Assembly (NCBI GenBank): GCA_947088675.1
Contig: CAMUHN010000005.1
Location: 1,296-65,295, forward strand
Length of the DNA: 64,000 bases
Direction: 5' to 3'
From: an uncultured Roseburia sp.
GTDB taxonomy: Bacteria > Bacillota > Clostridia > Lachnospirales > Lachnospiraceae
The first letter of the stretch is position 1, and every line of letters starts with the position of its first letter. The notes under the pieces are model-generated. The model was not told the origin of the DNA and made no database searches. It saw nothing but the letters and a program-made list of their open reading frames with translations. The position numbers were made by a program, and so were the translations under genes. Below, in pieces: positions 39,800 through 48,015 of the stretch.

Positions 39800-40156
39800 A
39801 TGAAAGCATATGAACGGCCACATGTTTTGTTTGCTGCAGGGACAGCTGAGGGGATTTATATGGCAAGCGGAGCGTCAGAGGGGGATAACGACGGCTTAAA
39901 ATGCGACAGCAAGTATATGAACGGCGAATGGCAGGCGCCGGATTACTCGGATTGGGCAGGAGGAACTAGAGGATACAAACAGCAGTTTGCCTGTCTGGGA
40001 TGTCCGGCCAACACGGCGAATGGCTGTGGACTGTTGACGCATTATATTGATTCCGGAAATGCGGACAGCTATCATGTGGATGACGGGAACCGTAAGCCAA
40101 GCTGGGAAAAGAAAGGATACGGGCCGGATGATACAGTAACGGACTGGAATATGTAA
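39800..40156 (+). CDS. small protein with RRE-type leader (putative precursor/substrate A)
   Basis: MKAYERPHVLFAAGTAEGIYMASG leader; Gly/Asp/Cys-rich body; strong AGGAG RBS. Confidence 0.7.
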   Translation: MKAYERPHVLFAAGTAEGIYMASGASEGDNDGLKCDSKYMNGEWQAPDYSDWAGGTRGYKQQFACLGCPANTANGCGLLTHYIDSGNADSYHVDDGNRKPSWEKKGYGPDDTVTDWNM

Positions 40157-40190
40157 AAAAACTGAGACACGGTTGTGTCTCAATTTTTTT
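40157..40190. terminator. bidirectional terminator
   Basis: A-run, TGAGACAC-GGTT-GTGTCTCA, T-run between convergent genes. Confidence 0.75.
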
Positions 40191-40272
40191 GTCTTACAGA
40201 AAAGACCCTGTTATTGTGAGGTGTGAAAGACGGCAGCTTTCCTGGGTGAAGCTGCGATCCGGCGCACACTTT

Positions 40273-41421
40273 TTAAAAAAGGGCATCAATTTGTTCTTTG
40301 ATCAGGCTGACGGCTGTCGGTTCTTTTGTGCACTGCAGGTGAAAGAACGGAACGGCTTTACTGAGTTTTTCTGCAAATGCGATCGTCAGGCCCAGCATTT
40401 CGTCAGTCCAGGAGGGGGAAATCGTGCGCCAGACGGTCTGGAGTATGATATCTTCTGTGGCCATGGGAAGAAGCTGATCGCAGCAGTCCTGTTTTAGAAA
40501 TATGATGCCTCCAAGCGGTATGTCTTCGGCAGTGTAAAGCTCAGAAGTGCCACACCAGGGGATACCGCAGACGATGGGGCGCTGATTGTCACAAAATTTG
40601 ATCAGATTTAAATCTCCATTTAAAATTTGCGTATTGTGCAGGCTATGCCAGAGTTCGGCATGTGTCGATTTGCCAACGCCGGAAGGCGCACAAAACAGAA
40701 AGGCTTTGTCCCGATAACGGATGGATGACGAGTGGAGCGCAAATAATCCACACTGCTGCGCAGGGATCAGGAAAGCAAAGCGAAAAGCGTGAAACAGTTT
40801 TTCCGCATGTTCCCGGTCAAACGGCATGGAACAGAAAAAGTCAGCTGACTTCCCGTCCAGGGAAATATGGGCTTCTAGAATGCCATAGTGCTTTGGGTAC
40901 AGTAGTATATAGGAAGCTTTGTTTTTTAAGATGGTGAGTTCTTCTGTCCGGATCAGCAGTGTGGCTGATTCTGTTTTGGCAGGAGCGGTATTTTTCACAC
41001 GAAAGGTCAGATCCGGCTTACCGGATTCACACATGAAATCATACAGCGGCGGATAGAGAAGTTCCCTGGGGCCGCAATAGGCGATGGTAAACGTCCCGAT
41101 TCGAAAATAACAGTCCGGCGTACAGCCGGCGGAAGCGGGATCTGTCCGTGAGAGTATGCCGGCCGCCGCAAGCTGCGAGAGGAACAGGGCGATATCTTTT
41201 TTCAGGACGGGCAGATCAGAAGCCCCGGCATCATAATGAGAGGAGAGGGCCAGGAGGAGATCCTGTTCGTCTGCACCGTTCAGGATTGCTCGTAAGAGAA
41301 TTGCGCCGGACTCGTTTAAACGTATGCTGCGGCGAAAATCTGCTATATTTTGTCCATATGGGAGAATATAAGGAATACTGTTGATTTCTTTGAATATATA
41401 ACCCTCATTTAATTTTATCAT
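40273..41421 (-). CDS. PqqD/RRE domain fused to HPr-kinase-like P-loop kinase
   Basis: N-terminal LNESG..L...Y......DI..FL..L...GIL (PqqD-like); C-terminal LHSS.......LF.APSGVGKST, PWCG. Confidence 0.75.
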   Translation of the reverse strand: MIKLNEGYIFKEINSIPYILPYGQNIADFRRSIRLNESGAILLRAILNGADEQDLLLALSSHYDAGASDLPVLKKDIALFLSQLAAAGILSRTDPASAGCTPDCYFRIGTFTIAYCGPRELLYPPLYDFMCESGKPDLTFRVKNTAPAKTESATLLIRTEELTILKNKASYILLYPKHYGILEAHISLDGKSADFFCSMPFDREHAEKLFHAFRFAFLIPAQQCGLFALHSSSIRYRDKAFLFCAPSGVGKSTHAELWHSLHNTQILNGDLNLIKFCDNQRPIVCGIPWCGTSELYTAEDIPLGGIIFLKQDCCDQLLPMATEDIILQTVWRTISPSWTDEMLGLTIAFAEKLSKAVPFFHLQCTKEPTAVSLIKEQIDALF

Positions 41422-41487
41422 GAAAACTCCTTTCCGCTGTGGAAGTAATGTCGGGTCTGCCATGTAAAATCTGATCAGAATGTGATG

Positions 41488-41524
41488 TTATTATAGCATT
41501 TTGCAGACAGAAATGCTATAATAA
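41488..41524. promoter_or_regulatory. symmetric bidirectional promoter
   Basis: Perfect 14-bp inverted repeat; each arm contains an outward-facing extended -10 TGCTATAAT. Confidence 0.6.
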
Positions 41525-41567
41525 GTTCAGAGTACCTGAAAATGTGATTTACAGAGAAAGAAATGAA

Positions 41568-42056
41568 ATGGAAACGAAATCCGGGATTGAACAATTATTG
41601 AGAGAGGGAAACACAATCTGCGTTATGCCGCAGGGGTACAGTATGTATCCGATGCTCGTTCCGGGCAGGGACAGTGTGATGATAGAGCCGGTCTGTGTTT
41701 CGGACGGGGGCAGACAGGCTGTGGGAGAGAAGCGCATTCGGCGCGGCGATGTTGTTTTGTACCGGCGGGATGCCGGAATCTTAGTGCTGCACCGCGTGTT
41801 TCACGTCGGGAAAGACGGCTATTATATGGTCGGGGACAACCAGACTCAGATTGAAGGGCCGCTCAGAGGCGATCAGCTGCGGGGAAGACTGGTCGGTTTT
41901 GTCCGGCACGGCAGACAGTATTCGACTGAAAATCTTTGTTATCGCGCGTATGCATCGCTCTGGCTTTTTGTACGGCCGTTTCGCCATAAGATAGCCGTGG
42001 CAGTTCATTTTATGAAAAAATGGATCATACGGGGAAAAAAGTCGCCGGAACAGTAA
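41568..42056 (+). CDS. S24/S26-family peptidase (Ser-His type, no N-terminal anchor)
   Basis: G.SM.PML, RGDVVLYRR...LHRV, GDN. Confidence 0.8.
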   Translation: METKSGIEQLLREGNTICVMPQGYSMYPMLVPGRDSVMIEPVCVSDGGRQAVGEKRIRRGDVVLYRRDAGILVLHRVFHVGKDGYYMVGDNQTQIEGPLRGDQLRGRLVGFVRHGRQYSTENLCYRAYASLWLFVRPFRHKIAVAVHFMKKWIIRGKKSPEQ

Positions 42057-42116
42057 AATGCGGATATCAGGCAGGAAGCGGCGTGCAGGAAAAGGGTGCG
42101 GGAATGGGAGATCGGC

Positions 42117-42401
42117 ATGAAATCAAACTATACACTTCGGAAAGCGGCGGGGAGTTACTGGTTATTAGACCTTGCGCAGGACGGGAAAGATTACAGAAAG
42201 CCGTTGGAATTAAATGAGAGCGGCGCGCTTTTGTGGAAACGCTTTTGTGAAAGAGACAGCGTAAAAGAAGCTGCAGCAGCTTTATGCAGAGAATACGGAA
42301 TTTTAGCTGACGAGGCAGCAGCGGACACAGTTTCATTTCTGGACGGTCTTAGGGCAGCGGGAATAGATACGGAGTTTATGGATATTTCGGAGGAACGATA
42401 A
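42117..42401 (+). CDS. stand-alone PqqD-family protein (RiPP recognition element)
   Basis: 94 aa, LNESGALLW...L..EY......D...FL..L...GI. Confidence 0.8.
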   Translation: MKSNYTLRKAAGSYWLLDLAQDGKDYRKPLELNESGALLWKRFCERDSVKEAAAALCREYGILADEAAADTVSFLDGLRAAGIDTEFMDISEER

Positions 42402-42431
42402 ACAGCCGCGGGGCGGCGGAACGGGGTAATT

Positions 42432-44630
42432 ATGGAAGTATTGCTGGTTGGCGGTGACAATGAGCTGATGCGGTCATTGCTGATAAAACTGAACAAAGAG
42501 GGACATCATTCCTATGTGCTGACCGGTTCCAAATATCAGATCGGCGTTTATAAAAATGCATATGAAAGGTACCGGTTTCCGTATGAGAGCGATTGTCTGA
42601 AAGAGATCTTTGACAGTGTAAGGCCTGATATTACGATTTTTCTGGGTGCATATGATTCGAATTTTAACTGGTCGGATGCGCGGAAAGAGTCAGTGCGTTA
42701 TCAGACGGCGCTGCAGAATGTGCTGACCTCTTTTTCCATGCAGAAAAAGGGGCGCTTTTTGTACCTTTCCTCGCAGGAGGTTTACACACAGTCCTACCCG
42801 AACGATATTGACGAGACGCAGGAGACGTCCGTATTCAGTTTCCGCGGGATCGCCATTGCACAGGGGGAAGAGATCTGCCGAAATTACAAACATACGATGG
42901 GTGTGGATACCGTTGTTCTTCGTATGGATCATCTGTATATGATTCCGGACAAAGAGCAGGCGGACAATGTATCTGCAATCGAGGGCAATCCCTGTGCGAA
43001 GATGTGTGTTGAGGCGATTCGAACAGGTTACATTCAGGCCAACGCAAATAAAATCTTTTCGCTTCTGTATGTAGATGATGCGGTGGAGGCAATCTATAAA
43101 GCACTGCGCGCCCCGTCGTTACAGGAAACGCTCTACCATATCTCCTCCGGAGAAGAGACAGACGAGAGCAGGCTTGCAAAAATAATTGCAGAAGAGATGG
43201 GAGAAGAAGTATCTGTCGTGGACAATACGGTTGGGACGGCGTCGCGGGTGATTTTGTCGGCCAGGCGGTTTTCGGATGAGTTTGGACTTACCATTTTTCA
43301 TCATGTGGATGAAGTGGCCGTAAAGATCGTGCGCTATATGAAAAAGCACAGCGGCAGGTTCGTAAAACCGGAGGAAGTCAGCAAAAGCAGGACGAGAGAC
43401 TTAAAGCAGAGCTTTCGTGTGATTCGGGGCGCAATGATCCCTTTTCTTGAAAATCTGATCTGTTTTATCCCGTTTTTTATGCTGAATAACAGAGCCGTTG
43501 GGAGCAGATATTTTGCTAATCTGGATTTTTATCTGCTCTATGTACTGCTTTTTGCAATTTTATACGGCCAGCAGCAGGCAACGTTTTCGGCTGTGCTGGC
43601 AGTGGCAGGCTATTGTTTCCGTCAGATGTACACAAGGAGCGGGCTTGACGTTCTGCTTGATTACAATACATATGTCTGGATTGCACAGCTTTTTATACTG
43701 GGACTTGTGGTAGGCTACATGAAAGACCGCCTGCGCACAATACACAGCGAAAATAAAGGGGAAGTGCAGTATATGGAACATCAGCTGGACGATATCGAGG
43801 ATATCAATACCAGCAATGTGCGTATTAAAAATATGCTGGAGGTGCAGCTGGTCAATCAGAATGACAGTTTTGGAAAGATCTATGAGATCACGTCCAGTCT
43901 TGACCAGTATGAGCCGTCCGAAGTGCTTTTTTACGCGGCGCAGATTCTGGCAAAGCTGATTGACAGCAAAGACGTGGCAATCTATACGGTGGCGAACCGT
44001 TCGTATGCACGGTTGTTTTCGGCAACCTCGAAAAAGGCAAGGGAGCTTGGAAATTCGATTGAGTATACCAAAATGGAAGATATGTATCAGCCGCTCAGAG
44101 AAAAACGAGTCTATATCAATCGGAATATGGATCCAAAATATCCGCTGATGGCCGACGCCATCTATGCGGAGGATGAGATGGAACTGATTTTGATGGTATG
44201 GGGGATTCCATGGGAACGCATGACGCTCGGCCAGGCGAACATGCTTGTTGTCATTGGATATCTGATTCAGAATGCGGTGCTGCGGGCGAACCGTTATCTG
44301 GCGGCGCTTGAAAATGAGCGCTATCTGGGCGGAACAAAAATTCTTGGAACAGAGGCGTTTGAATCGCTGGTAAAGGCGTATCTTGGAGCGCGAAACAAAG
44401 GACTGACCGAGTGTACCATCCTTGCGGTTGATCTGGACGAACATGATCTGGAAGAGGCAGGCAACGCGCTGGCAAAGTTGATGCGCCAGACAGATTATAT
44501 CGGCACCATGGCGGACGGGAATCTGTATGCGCTTTTGTCGAATACAAATGCAGATGACGCCGATTTTGTAATCAGGCGTTTTCGAAATACGGGATATGAG
44601 AGCCGGATACAGGAGGACGTGGCGGTATGA
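42432..44630 (+). CDS. pelD: PelD-like c-di-GMP receptor (degenerate SDR, TM, GAF, degenerate GGDEF)
   Basis: N-terminal epimerase-like fold, TM block, RQTD I-site near the C-terminus; upstream of pelF/pelG. Confidence 0.7.
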   Translation: MEVLLVGGDNELMRSLLIKLNKEGHHSYVLTGSKYQIGVYKNAYERYRFPYESDCLKEIFDSVRPDITIFLGAYDSNFNWSDARKESVRYQTALQNVLTSFSMQKKGRFLYLSSQEVYTQSYPNDIDETQETSVFSFRGIAIAQGEEICRNYKHTMGVDTVVLRMDHLYMIPDKEQADNVSAIEGNPCAKMCVEAIRTGYIQANANKIFSLLYVDDAVEAIYKALRAPSLQETLYHISSGEETDESRLAKIIAEEMGEEVSVVDNTVGTASRVILSARRFSDEFGLTIFHHVDEVAVKIVRYMKKHSGRFVKPEEVSKSRTRDLKQSFRVIRGAMIPFLENLICFIPFFMLNNRAVGSRYFANLDFYLLYVLLFAILYGQQQATFSAVLAVAGYCFRQMYTRSGLDVLLDYNTYVWIAQLFILGLVVGYMKDRLRTIHSENKGEVQYMEHQLDDIEDINTSNVRIKNMLEVQLVNQNDSFGKIYEITSSLDQYEPSEVLFYAAQILAKLIDSKDVAIYTVANRSYARLFSATSKKARELGNSIEYTKMEDMYQPLREKRVYINRNMDPKYPLMADAIYAEDEMELILMVWGIPWERMTLGQANMLVVIGYLIQNAVLRANRYLAALENERYLGGTKILGTEAFESLVKAYLGARNKGLTECTILAVDLDEHDLEEAGNALAKLMRQTDYIGTMADGNLYALLSNTNADDADFVIRRFRNTGYESRIQEDVAV

Positions 44631-45574
44631 CGAAAGAACTGATTTTTGTTCTTCTTCTGTTCCTGAATACAGTGGCCGCCGTTTTATATCTTGTGTTTGG
44701 ACTGCTGCATGCTGCGCGGCAGAAGAAGCAGGCGGATGCGGAGGAACCGTTTCTAAAAGACGGAAAACCGGCATATGTCATTAAATTTATTGTAATGCTG
44801 ATCTGCCCGGTTGTGGGGCCATTGTTTTTTGCGTTGGGGCATCTGCTGTTCTTATTTGTGTTCCGGCAGGATGTGGATCTTGAGGATGTTATTTTCAGCA
44901 AGGAACGCGTCAGGACGCATGACCGTGCGGACGAGGAGCGGGAGCGAAATATTGCGCCTCTTGAGGAGGCGATTGCAGTCAGTGACAAAGAGAGCTTAAG
45001 AAATCTGATGCTGAATATTATCCGTGGGGATATCCAGAATTCGCTTGCTTCCATTTCGCTTGCGCTTAACAGCCCGGATTCGGAAACATCGCATTACGCC
45101 GCGTCTGTCCTGCAGGATGAGCTGAATAATTTCCGCGCAAGTGTCCAGAAGATGATCAATCAGATTGAAACGGAAGAGGAAGATGAGACGGAGTGTGAAC
45201 ATTTTTTGTTCCCTTATATGAATAATGTGCTGGAACAAAAGGTGTTTACCGAGATGGAACAGAAAAATATGGTGGAGCTGTTTGTCAGTACGGGTGAGAC
45301 GCTGTACCGGAAAGCGGCGCATCAGATGACAAGCGAATATTACAACTGGATTTGCATGCGGCTTTTGGATATACGGGATTTTGAGCGGATGGAAGTCTGG
45401 TGTACACGCGCCGCGGCACAGTATCCCGATGAACTTTCAAGTTATACCTGTAAATTAAAACTGTATTTTACAACGCAGGACAAAGAAAAATTTTTTGCGG
45501 CAATGGATGAGCTGAAACAGTCCAGTGTGATTATTGACAGGGAGACACTGGAACTGATACGCACGTTTGGCTGA
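44627..45574 (+). CDS. pelE: PelE-like protein
   Basis: Two N-terminal TMs, APLEEA, AL.S.DSE.SHYAAS; overlaps the pelD stop. Confidence 0.6.
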   Translation: MTKELIFVLLLFLNTVAAVLYLVFGLLHAARQKKQADAEEPFLKDGKPAYVIKFIVMLICPVVGPLFFALGHLLFLFVFRQDVDLEDVIFSKERVRTHDRADEERERNIAPLEEAIAVSDKESLRNLMLNIIRGDIQNSLASISLALNSPDSETSHYAASVLQDELNNFRASVQKMINQIETEEEDETECEHFLFPYMNNVLEQKVFTEMEQKNMVELFVSTGETLYRKAAHQMTSEYYNWICMRLLDIRDFERMEVWCTRAAAQYPDELSSYTCKLKLYFTTQDKEKFFAAMDELKQSSVIIDRETLELIRTFG

Positions 45575-45596
45575 ATTGTGAAATGGCCCTTTCATT

Positions 45597-47987
45597 TTGA
45601 TCCGGGAGGTGATGGCAGTGTCAATGGAAGTATTTACCGTGCTTCGATTTCTGGAAAGTTTATTTGCATATCTTGTCATAACATTTTTCATGCCGGCGAT
45701 GCTGCTGTATCCAAAAATAAAGAAGATGCGATTTTCTGTACGCTTTATGACATATCAGATTACCGGGAATTTCTTTGTGATGAATCTTGTCTATCTGCTG
45801 CAGCTTTTACGTATTTCAAACCGTTTTACTTTAACCGTGTTTACGCTGGTTTTGTTTTGGACCGCCTATATTCTGCTCGGCAGAAGACATCCGGTGCGCG
45901 CCGTAAAAGAGGCGGTGCATACGTTTGAAAAGCTTGCGGGCGGGCAGCTCGGAGTACGGCTGTTTCTGCGCCACATCAGAATGACCGTCACGGATGCGGC
46001 AAGACGTTTTTTCCGCGCATTCGGGAGGCGTATCAGGACCAGTTTTTTTGACGTTTTGCTGGTTATGGCGCTGACTGTCATTTTGCTGTATGTATATGGC
46101 ATCAATCTGGTGCGAAATTTTGGATTTGGCATGTCGGACATTCCGGTGCACCATTACTGGATCAACTATATGGTGAAAAATGAAATTTTTGTCGCGGGCA
46201 TTTATCCGATGGGGTTTCACTGTATTATCTATTATCTGCGTACGGTATTCGGGATACCGACGTATGTACTGCTGCGCGTGTTCTGGCTCGTGCAGACGAT
46301 TGTCATACATGATATACTGCTTGCTTTTGTGAAAAGCTGCTGCAGATCAAAATATGCGGGATATATCGGACTGTTCCTCTATACGGCGGCTTCCTTTTTT
46401 GGCGTCCACACATTTATGCGTTATTACAGCTCTCTTCCGCAGGAGTTTGGCATGATTTTTATTTTGCCCTCCATCTGGTTTCTGTATGCTTTTCTGGAAC
46501 AGAAAGAAAAAAAATCGAAAGAGAGTCTGTGGTATCTTGCCTGTTTTGCAATGAGCTTTGCCATGACAATTGCAGTACATTTTTATAATACGATGATTGC
46601 AGGCCTGTTTTGTCTTGGCGTTGCCGTTGGGTATGCATTTCGACTGTTTCGCAAAGCAGCGTTCGGGAAAGTTATGCTGGCCGGGATCATTTCCGTTTTT
46701 GTGGCCGTCCTGCCAATGGGCATTGCATTTGCAATGGGAACGCCGCTGCAGGGTTCGCTGGGATGGGGATTAAACGTAATTACCGGAAAAAACAACAGGC
46801 AGGAAGTGCAGATCGAGAAGTCAACGGAGTCGGAGGATATACAAAATACGGAATTTTCCGAAAGTTCCGGCACGGAATCTGCGGCAGGCATACGGGGAGA
46901 CGAGCCGTCCGGCGCGGACTCTGCGCCCGGGTCCGGGGACATATCCGGCGCGAACGGGCAGAGGTATGAGGCAGTATACACACCGCCCCGGAAAGATCCG
47001 CTGCCGGTACGGATGATGCGCATTGTCAAAAGACTTCCGGGGGCGTTATGGGATGCAATGTGTACTTATCTGATTCCGGACGACTATCCGTTGTTTCGCC
47101 TGGCTGTTTTCGCTGTGATCCTGCTGCTGCCGGTTCTTGCCGTTTTGTTTTTTGCATGCAGGCAGACCGATTATGCGGCAAGACTTATGTCGACGGCGGC
47201 TTTTCTGGCGCTGATGTCCGTGCTGTTTTGCGCATCCCGCGCGGGACTGCCGTCTCTGATGGATGCGATACGCGCCTGCATTTTCTTTGCGTATGTGATT
47301 GTAATGGCATGGAGCCTTTGTATTGATGCAATTCTTTCAGTGTTTTTCGGATGGTTTCAGAAGAAATGGCCGCTGCATCTTGCCTCGCTGCTCCTGGTAC
47401 CTTTCGTCTGTATTTATACTGGCATGTCAGGGCTTTTAAAGGGAGCGCCGGATTACCCGGCTCTGCAGACGAACGCGGCAATCACCTGTTTTACGAATAT
47501 TTTGCATGATAACGATGATTTTGCATGGACGATCTGTTCCGCAAACGACGAGCTGCGCATGGGCGAAGATTACGGTTATCATTACGAGCTGCACACCTTT
47601 TTAAAGGAGATGGAGCACTCGGGCGCATATGGTTCGATCACAATTCCAACGCCGCGGGTCTATTTTTTCATCGAGAAGATTCCGATCGATTATTCTGTCC
47701 CGTATGAGAACAGCGGTCAGCGTGTTTCTAAAGACGGTGCAAGGAGGCCGCTTCCGTCGGGCAGCGGAATTACCATGTATCAGGGGGAAAACCGCTGGAT
47801 TGAGATGTCTCGTATGTATTACTGGGCGCGTTCCTTTATGAGAATGTACCCGAACGAGATGCAGGTCTATTATGAGACGGATGATTTTGTCTGTTATGTG
47901 TTAGAGCAGGAAATGTACAGTCTGTTTAATCTGGCGATAGATTATGGATATAATCTGTCGAGAGAACCGATTGGAACAGACGAGTAG
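45597..47987 (+). CDS. large polytopic membrane protein, GT-C-like
   Basis: More than 12 hydrophobic segments; D...H..W...YPMGFH in an early loop. Confidence 0.5.
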   Translation: MIREVMAVSMEVFTVLRFLESLFAYLVITFFMPAMLLYPKIKKMRFSVRFMTYQITGNFFVMNLVYLLQLLRISNRFTLTVFTLVLFWTAYILLGRRHPVRAVKEAVHTFEKLAGGQLGVRLFLRHIRMTVTDAARRFFRAFGRRIRTSFFDVLLVMALTVILLYVYGINLVRNFGFGMSDIPVHHYWINYMVKNEIFVAGIYPMGFHCIIYYLRTVFGIPTYVLLRVFWLVQTIVIHDILLAFVKSCCRSKYAGYIGLFLYTAASFFGVHTFMRYYSSLPQEFGMIFILPSIWFLYAFLEQKEKKSKESLWYLACFAMSFAMTIAVHFYNTMIAGLFCLGVAVGYAFRLFRKAAFGKVMLAGIISVFVAVLPMGIAFAMGTPLQGSLGWGLNVITGKNNRQEVQIEKSTESEDIQNTEFSESSGTESAAGIRGDEPSGADSAPGSGDISGANGQRYEAVYTPPRKDPLPVRMMRIVKRLPGALWDAMCTYLIPDDYPLFRLAVFAVILLLPVLAVLFFACRQTDYAARLMSTAAFLALMSVLFCASRAGLPSLMDAIRACIFFAYVIVMAWSLCIDAILSVFFGWFQKKWPLHLASLLLVPFVCIYTGMSGLLKGAPDYPALQTNAAITCFTNILHDNDDFAWTICSANDELRMGEDYGYHYELHTFLKEMEHSGAYGSITIPTPRVYFFIEKIPIDYSVPYENSGQRVSKDGARRPLPSGSGITMYQGENRWIEMSRMYYWARSFMRMYPNEMQVYYETDDFVCYVLEQEMYSLFNLAIDYGYNLSREPIGTDE

Positions 47988-48015
47988 ATGGCTTCAGAAA
48001 TTGGGGGTTGTAGCA

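Noticed and set aside
39800-42401. Canonical lasso peptide cluster or PQQ biosynthesis
   Set aside because: No asparagine-synthetase-like cyclase, B2 protease or pqqBCE in the window; the substrates are too long and lack the typical Thr at -2 of a short core
42432-43400. Active UDP-sugar epimerase (PelX-like)
   Set aside because: The nucleotide-binding glycine motif and catalytic YxxxK are not evident; the domain is fused to PelD
43560-44774. 404-aa minus-strand ORF
   Set aside because: Antisense shadow of pelD/pelE
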